DNA from: an uncultured Holophagales bacterium
GTDB taxonomy: Bacteria > Acidobacteriota > Thermoanaerobaculia > Multivoradales > UBA5704
Reading direction: 5' to 3'
NCBI GenBank assembly: GCA_963842525.1
Contig: CAWJGT010000009.1
Location: forward strand, 1,344,001 to 1,408,000
DNA length: 64,000 bases
Shown here: piece by piece, positions 29,608 through 64,000 of the stretch
Position numbering within the stretch: position 1 is the stretch's first letter
How the letters are laid out: every line of letters starts with the position of its first letter
The notes under the pieces: model-generated
Database searches by the model: none
Seen by the model: only the letters and a program-made list of their open reading frames with translations
Told to the model about the DNA's origin: nothing
Position numbers and translations under genes: made by a program

Positions 29608-29687
29608 CGTCGTGATGTCTTGAGGGCCGGGCCTGTCGTTTTGCAGGTTTGCTGTTTTTGCAGGGTCTGTGGTGAGGGGATGCCGTT

Positions 29688-56976
<27,289 letters not shown>

Positions 56977-56987
<11 letters not shown>

Positions 56988-59900
56988 AGTTGCAGAGGAT
57001 GAGGCCCTGGAGGAGAGGGCGGAGGTCGAGAGCCAGCGGCTGTTGCATGCGCTTTTCGAGGAGCGCTGCGACGAAGACCCCCAGGCGGTCGCGCTGGTCG
57101 ACGGCCGGGACCGTCTGACCCGCGCCGAGCTGGAGGGCCGCGCCAACCAGCTCGCCCGGCATCTGCAATCCCTCGGCGTCGGCCCCGAGGTGAGGGTCGC
57201 GATCTGTGCCGAGCGCACAGCCGAGATGATCGTCGCCCTGTTCGCCGTGCTCAAGGCGGGCGGCGCTTACGTGCCGGTCGATCCGACCTATCCGCGCGAG
57301 CGGCAGGCGATCATCCTGGAGGACAGCCAGGCGCCGCTCCTCCTCACGCAGGAGCGCCTGCTCGACCGGCTGCCGGCGACGTCGGCCGCGATCGTCTGCC
57401 TCGACCGTGACTGGCCCAGCGTGGAGCGGTGGAGCGCGGCGCGGTTGGGCCAGCCGGCGCCGCTGGGGCTCGCGCGGCTGCCGCTGGACCTCGCGCGGCA
57501 GCCGCCCGACCTCGTGGACCCTCACCCCCGGCCCCTCTCCCATCCGCACTCCCGACCCCCGGGAGAGGGGAGCCCCCCACCCGAGAGCTTCGTGCCTGTG
57601 CATCTTCCCCCCTCTCCCGGTGGGATGGGAGTGCGGATGGGAGAGGGGGGCCAGGGGGGTGAGGGTCCTGCTCCCGGCAACCTCGCCTATCTGATCTACA
57701 CCTCCGGCTCGACCGGCCGGCCCAAGGGCGTCGCCATCGAGCACCGCTCGGCCGTGGCCCTGATCCGCTGGGCGAGCGAGGTCTTCCCTCCCGACGAGCT
57801 TGCCTGCGTCCTGGCCTCGACGTCCATCTGCTTCGACCTGTCGATCTTCGAAATCTTCCTTCCGCTGGCCCTGGGCGGCCGGATCGTCCTGGCCGAGAAC
57901 GCCCTCGCTCTGCCCAGGCTGCCGGCCGCGGAGGAGGTGACGCTCGTCAACACCGTCCCCTCGGCGATTTCCGAGCTGGCGCGGATGGGCGGCATCCCGC
58001 CGTCCGTGCGGGTGATCAACCTGGCGGGAGAGCCGCTGCGCAAAGCCCTGGTCGAACGGCTCTACCAGGTGCCGACGGTGGAGAAGGTCTACAACCTCTA
58101 CGGTCCCTCGGAGGACACGACCTACTCGACCTGGGCGTTGATGCGGCGCCAGGACCCCTTTGCTCCGTCCATCGGCCGGCCGCTCGACGGCACCCGGGTC
58201 CACCTGCTCGACGCCGAAATGCAGCCGGTGCCGGCGGAGGAGGCGGGCCAGCTCTATCTGGCCGGAGCCGGCCTCGCCCGCGGCTATCTCGGCCGGCCGG
58301 ACCTGACCGCGGAGAAGTTCGTCCCCGACCCCTTCGCCGGGCAGCCGGGCGAGCGCCTCTATGCCACCGGCGACCTGTCGCGCTACCGGCCGGACGGGGA
58401 GATCGATTTCCTCGGCCGCATCGACCACCAGGTCAAGATCCGCGGCTTCCGCATCGAGCTGGGCGAGATCGAGGCGGCCCTGGAGCGCCATCCCGCAATC
58501 GCCGACACCGTGGTGGTGGCCCGCGAGTCCGAGGCGGCCGAGATCTCCGAAAGGGTCCTGGTCGCCTATGTCGTGGCCGTCGGGGGCGCTCCGCTGGCGC
58601 CCGTCGAGCTGCGCGCCTGGCTCCAGCGCAGCCTGGCCGAGTACATGATCCCTTCCCACTTCGTCCTGCTCTCCGCGCTGCCGCTGACGCCCAACGGCAA
58701 GGTGGACCGCAAGGCGCTGCCGGCGCCCGAGCGCGCGGTGGCGGATGGGTACATGGCGCCGCGCACGCCTCTGGAGACGAAGCTGGCCGGGATCTGGGCC
58801 GAGGTGCTGGAGCTGCCGCGGGTCGGCGCCGGGGACGACTTCTTCGCCCTGGGCGGTCATTCCATTGTGGCCACACGCATCCTGGCGCGGGTGCGCGAGA
58901 GCCTCGGCGTCGAGCTGCCGGCTCGCACCCTGTTCGATGCGCCGACCGTGGCCCTGCTGGCCGCGCGGGTGGCGGCGGCGAGCCGGAAAACCGCGCCGGA
59001 CGCGGTGGGCCTGCCGCCCGTCGAGCCGGTCTCCCGCGAGCTGCCGCTCGACGCCTCCACCTCCCAGGAAGGGATGTGGCTCGCCGATCGCCTGAGCCCG
59101 GCCTTCCCGCTGTTCAACATCCCCCTGCAGCTCACCTTGCGCGGACCGCTCGACGCCGCGGCGCTGCAGCGCGCCCTGTCCGAGATCGTGCGCCGCCACG
59201 AGGCGTTGCGGGCCGTGTTCGGGGAGCGTGACGGACACCTGCGGCCGGCGCTCTCCGCCGCGGCCACGGTGGAGCTGCCCGCGATCGATCTGCGGCTGCT
59301 GCCCGATCCCGCGGCGTCCGCAGAGGCCCTGGCCGCCACGGCCGCACGCCAGCGCATCGACCTCGCCTGCGGGCCGCTGCTGCGGGCTCTCCTCCTGCGC
59401 GTCACCGATCGCGAGCACCGGCTCGTCGTCGTCGTCCACCATATGGCCGGGGACGACTGGTCGACCTGGGTCCTGGTGCGCGAGCTGGCGGCCCTGTATG
59501 CCGCGTTCGCCGCCGGCCGCCCGTCGCCGCTCCCCGAGCTGCCGGTCCAGTACACCGACTTCGCGTCCTGGCAGCGGGCCTGGCTCGAAAGCCCAGCGGC
59601 CGAGGCCCAGCTCCGCTTCTGGGTGGAACGCCTGGCGGGGGTTCCGGAGCTGCTGGAGCTGCCGGCCGACCGGCCGCGCCCCGCGGTCCGCAGCTTCGAG
59701 GGCGGGCGCCTCACCGCCATGGTCCCGGCGACGGCCGTGCGCGCGCTTGCCGGCCTCGCCCGGCGCCGCGGGGCCACGCCCTTCATGGCCCTGCTCGCGG
59801 TGTTCGAGACGCTGGTCCACCGCGTCACCGGCCGGGAGGACGTCGTCGTCGGCTCGCCGATCGCCGGACGGCGCGTGCCGCAGGTCCAGGACCTGATCGG

Positions 59901-62900
59901 CCTGTTCACCAACAACCTGGCCTGGCGCGGCGACCTCGCGGGCGATCCGACCTTCCTCGAGCACCTGGCGCGCGTCCGCGAGACGGTGCTGGAGGGCGCC
60001 GACCGGCAGGAGATCCCGTTCGACCGCCTGCTGCGCGAGATCCAGCCGGAGCGGACCCAGCGCTACAGCCCGGTGGCCCAGGTCGCCATCGCCCTTCAGA
60101 ACACGCCGCCGCCGCCGCGCGAGCTCGGCCCGGGGCTCGGCCTCGAAGTGCGCGAGCTGGGCAACGGCACGGCCAAGCTCGACCTCATCGTCTATCTGCA
60201 CGAGACCGAGCAGGGCGGCCTGGCAGGGGACTGGGAGTATGCGAGCCCGCTCTTCGATGCCACGACGATCGCCCGTCTGGCCAGGCATTTCCGCGCCTTG
60301 ATCGCGGCGGCCCCGGCTCACGCCGAGGCACGGCTCGCGGACCTGCCGATCCTCGACGCGCCGGAGCGCCACCAGACGCTGGTGGAATGGAACGACACGG
60401 CCGTGCCGTTCCCGCGCGACGCCTGCGTCCACGAGCTGTTCGCGGCGCGCGCCGCGGAGGCGCCCGGCGCCGTGGCCCTGGTGGCCCCGGGCCGCAGCCT
60501 CACCCGCGGCGAGCTGTACGACCGTGCGCAGGAGCTGGCGCGGCACCTCCGGCACCTGGGAGTCGGGCCGGAGGCGCGGGTGGCGGTCGCGGCCGAGCGC
60601 TCTCCCGAGATGGTCGTGGCGCTGCTGGCCGTCCTCCAGGCCGGCGGGGCGTATGTGCCGCTCGATCCCGGCTATCCGGTTGAGCGGCTCGCCTGGATGC
60701 TGGAGGACTCCGGGGCTGCGGTGCTGCTCACGCAGGGGCATCTGGTTTCGCGGCTGCCGGCGTTCGGGGGGATGGTCATCGACCTCGACGTCTCCCTTCT
60801 CCCCGAATCCAACCCCGCAGGGGTGGCCGGAATTAGCCCGGGATTTCAATCCCGGGAATCGGACGCATCCCCAGACCTCCTGAGCCCCGCCAGGGGCGAC
60901 AGGAATCCGACCGGCGAGCCCCTGCCGCCCCTGCCGGGGCTGATGGAGAGAGATGGCCTCCCGTTCCCGGGCCTGAAGGCCCGGGCTAATTCCGGCCGCC
61001 CCTGCGGGGCTGATGTCCAGACGCTGGTGGACCCCGTAAACGCCGCCTACGTCATCTATACCTCCGGCTCCACCGGCCGGCCCAAGGGCGTCGTCGTCTC
61101 TCACCGCTCCCTGGTCAACCTGGCCGAGGCCCAGGTCCGGCTCTTCGAGCTGGGGCCGGGGAGCCGCCAGCTCCAGTTCGCCTCCTTCAGCTTCGACGCC
61201 TCGGTCTCGGAGATCTTCACAGCCCTGCTGTCGGGAGCCGAGCTGCATCTCGCCTCGCGTGACGAGCTGCTCCCCGGGCCGGCCCTGGCGCGCACCGTGC
61301 GCGAGCGCGGCATCACGGTGCTGACCCTGGCGCCCTCGGCCCTGGCCGCGCTGGAGGCCGCGGACGGCGGGCGGCTGCCTTCGGTCCGCACCCTGGTCGT
61401 GGCCGGCGAGGCGTGCCCGGCCGGCCTGGCCGCCCGCTGGTCGCGCGGACGGCGCTTCCTCGACGCCTACGGGCCGACCGAGGCCACCGTCTGCGCCACC
61501 GCCGCGGTGCTCGGCGACGGAGAGACCCTCTCGATCGGGCGCCCGATCGGCAATGCCCGGATCGCCGTGCTCGGGCCGGGAGGCACGCCCGCGCCCATTG
61601 GCGTCGTGGGCGAGATCGGGATCGGCGGCACGGGCGTGGCGCGCGGCTACCTCGGCCGGCCGGAGCTGACCGCCGAGCGCTTCGTGCCTGACCCGGTGAC
61701 CGGCGAGCCCGGCGCGCGCATGTATCGGAGCGGCGACCTCGGACGGCTCCTGCCGGACGGCCGGATCGAGCTGTACGGCCGGCGGGACGACCAGGTCAAG
61801 GTCCGCGGCTTCCGCATCGAGCTCGGCGAGGTCGAGGCCGCGCTTGCCCGCCAGCCTGAGGTGCGCGAGGCCGTCGTCGTCGTGCGGGACGAGCCCGGTG
61901 CCGCCGGCGCCCCGGCCGACCGGCGGCTGGTCGCCTGCCTGGTCCCGGCCGTCGAAACCGATCCGGCCGATCTGATCTCCGAGCTGCGGAGCCGGCTGGC
62001 GGCGGAGCTGCCGGACTACATGGTCCCCAACGGCTGGAGTGTGCTGCCCGCGCTCCCCCTCACCCCGAACGGCAAGGTGGACCGGCGCGCGCTTGCTCTG
62101 CTGGAGACCGTCGCCGCCGCGGCGGACGCCTACGTGCCGCCGGCCGGCCCCGTCGAGGAGCTGCTGGCCGGGATCTGGGCCGAGGTGCTGGGCGTCGAAC
62201 GTGTGGGGGCACACGATCGCTTCTTCGACCTCGGCGGGCATTCGCTCCTCGCCACCCAGGTGCTGTCGCGGGTCCGGAAGGCGTTCGACATCGAGCTGCC
62301 GATGCACCTCTTCTTTGCCGAGCCCACGGTGGCCAGCCTGGCACGGCAGGTGGAGCAGGCGCGCCGCGAAGGCCCTGGCGGCCGCGCCTCGGCTCCGCCC
62401 ATCGAGCGGGCACCGCACGACGCGGCCCTGCCGCTCTCCTTCTCCCAGAGCCGGCTCTGGCTGCTCGACCGGCTGGAGCCCGGCTCGCCGCTCTACAACG
62501 TCGCGCAGGTCCTGGCGCTCCGCGGCAGCCTGCGGATCCCCGCGCTGCGCTTCGCCCTGGGCGAGGTCGTGCGGCGCCACGAGGTGCTGCGCTCCCGCAT
62601 CGAGTCGGTGGAGGGCAGGCCGCTCCAGGTCGTCCTGCCGGCGTCGCCCCTCGACCTGCCCGTGATCGACCTGGCGGCGCTCCCCGCGGCTGTGCGGGCG
62701 GCGGTGGCGGACCGGCTTGCCGGGGAGGAAGCGCGCCGTCCGTTCGACCTCGTGCATCCGCCGCTGCTGCGCGCCGCGGTCTACCGCCTGGGGGAGGAGG
62801 AGCACCACCTCGTCCTGGTGGCCCATCACATCGCCTCGGACGGATGGTCCCAGGGGATCCTCGCCCGCGAGGTCTCGGCCTTTTATACGGCTTGCGTCGA

Positions 62901-64000
62901 GGGCCGGCCGTCGCCGCTGCCGGAGCTGCCCCTCCAGTACGCCGACTTCGCGCGCTGGCAGCAGCGCTGGCTGAGCGGCGAGCGGCTCGCGGAGCACCTC
63001 GCCTCTTGGCGGCGGCGGCTCGAAGGGGCGCCGACCGTGCTCGAGCTGCCGCTCGACCGGCCGCGTCCCGCCTCGCGAGGCACCCAGGGCGGCGAGTTGG
63101 ATGCCGAGTATCCGCGTGAGCTTTCCCAGGGCGTCCGCCGTCTCGCCCGCCGCCAGGGCGGGACGCCGTTCATGGTCCTGCTCGCGGCCTTTGAGACCCT
63201 CCTGCACCGCTACACCGGAGCGGATTGCCTGCTGGTCGGTACGCCGATCGCCGGGCGCACCCGGTCCGAGCTCGAAGCGCTGATCGGCTTCTTCGTCAAC
63301 ACCCTGGTGCTGCGCGCCGACTTCGCCGGAGACCCGCCCTTCGGGGAGCTTCTCGGCCGGACGCGCAAGGTGACCCTCGAAGCGCACGCCCACCAGGACC
63401 TCCCGTTCGAGAAGCTCGTCGAGGAGCTGCGGCCGGAGAGGGACCTTGCCCATACGCCGCTGTTCCAGGTGATGCTGGCCGTCCAGAACGTGCCGCTCGC
63501 CGCGCCCTCCCTGCCCGGTCTGGAGGTCGCCATCCTGCCGGTCGACCGCGGGACCGCGAAGTTCGATCTTTCTCTGTTCCTGCTCGACCACGACGACGGG
63601 ATCAGCGCTTCTTTCGAGTACGCGACCGAGGTCTTCGACCGCGCGACGATCACGCGCTGGGCGGGGCACTTCGAGACCCTTCTCGCGGGCGCGGTTGCCG
63701 ATCCGGAAGTGCCGGTCTCGGCGCTCCCGCTCCTCGGCGGCGCCGAGCGGGCGCAGCTCCTGGCCGAGTGGAACGATGTTGGAGACCTCGCGGACGCGCC
63801 GCTCTGCCTGCACCAGCTCTTCGAATTGCAGGCGGCGCGGACGCCCGACGCCGAGGCCCTGGTCCATCCGCGCGAGCGCCTGACCTACGCCGGGCTGAAT
63901 CGCCGGGCGGACCTGCTGGCCGCCCATCTGCGCGAGCTCGGAGTCGGGCCCGAGGTGCTCTGCGGCGTGCTGCTGGACCGCACGCCGGAGCTGCTGATCG
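56977..64000 (+). CDS. NRPS, 3'-truncated and absent from the ORF track: A(Ala)-PCP-C-A(Tyr-like)-PCP-C-A(partial)
   Basis: TTG at 56977 after GAGGAGG, overlapping the upstream stop. All motifs read in frame 1: NLAYLIYTSGSTG (57679), NLYGPSEDTTY, GGHS, HHMAGDD, YVIYTSGSTG (61048), DAYGPTEATVC, GGHS, HHIASDG. Codes DLFNNALTY and DASTVAAVC. Confidence 0.93.
57519..57665. repeat. 147-bp REPIN-like element (same family, opposite orientation), in frame before A3
   Basis: CCCTCACCCCCGGCCCCTCTCCCATCCGCACTCCCG ... GGGAGTGCGGATGGGAGAGGGGGGCCAGGGGGGTGAGGG, flanked by GGA/TCC. Confidence 0.92.
60813..61009. repeat. 197-bp nested inverted-repeat element (REPIN/MITE-like), in frame before A3
   Basis: 30-bp terminal IR with 1 mismatch (CCCCGCAGGGGTGGCCGGAATTAGCCCGGG / CCCGGGCTAATTCCGGCCGCCCCTGCGGGG). 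Inner IR AGCCCCGCCAGGGGCGACAGG / CCTGCCGCCCCTGCCGGGGCT. Confidence 0.9.

Noticed and set aside
29608-29687. Possible terminator between the hybrid gene and the giant NRPS
   Set aside because: Only a weak CCTG/CAGG stem with an interrupted T tract, which is insufficient support.

Overview
High-GC bacterial DNA dominated by secondary-metabolite assembly lines. The gene style (TPR Ser/Thr kinase, DUF5916-like barrel, Uma2, giant NRPSs) suggests a soil Acidobacteriota- or Myxococcota-like genome, which is inference only. 1-6055 is the 3' end of an NRPS whose Gly-type A domain is interrupted twice (luciferase-like flavin monooxygenase, then FkbM methyltransferase), followed by a stand-alone FkbM gene. 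6073-15828 is a mixed block: GT-C-like membrane gene with an internal TAG, a secreted protein under a sigma-54 promoter, a GAF/sigma-54 activator, a TPR kinase, a 21/105-bp tandem array, a desaturase and a Uma2 nuclease. From 16083 to the window end runs one + strand operon of >47 kb. It contains an outer-membrane barrel, KS-AT-ACP, C-A-PCP-KS-AT-KR(inactive)-ACP, a ~27-kb 8-module NRPS and an A-initiated NRPS (Ala, Tyr, ...). The 8-module NRPS is predicted to make Gly-Thr-Gly-Ser-Gly-Gly-Gly-Lys and is split by nine +1-equivalent frameshifts that are probably read errors. Most notable: (i) sulfotransferase domains embedded right after the PCPs of only the Thr and Ser modules; (ii) the monooxygenase + methyltransferase doubly interrupted A domain; (iii) several REP/REPIN-like palindrome families inserted in frame in the synthetases, four times just before the A3 motif. 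Substrate calls are hand-read Stachelhaus codes, and no database search was run.
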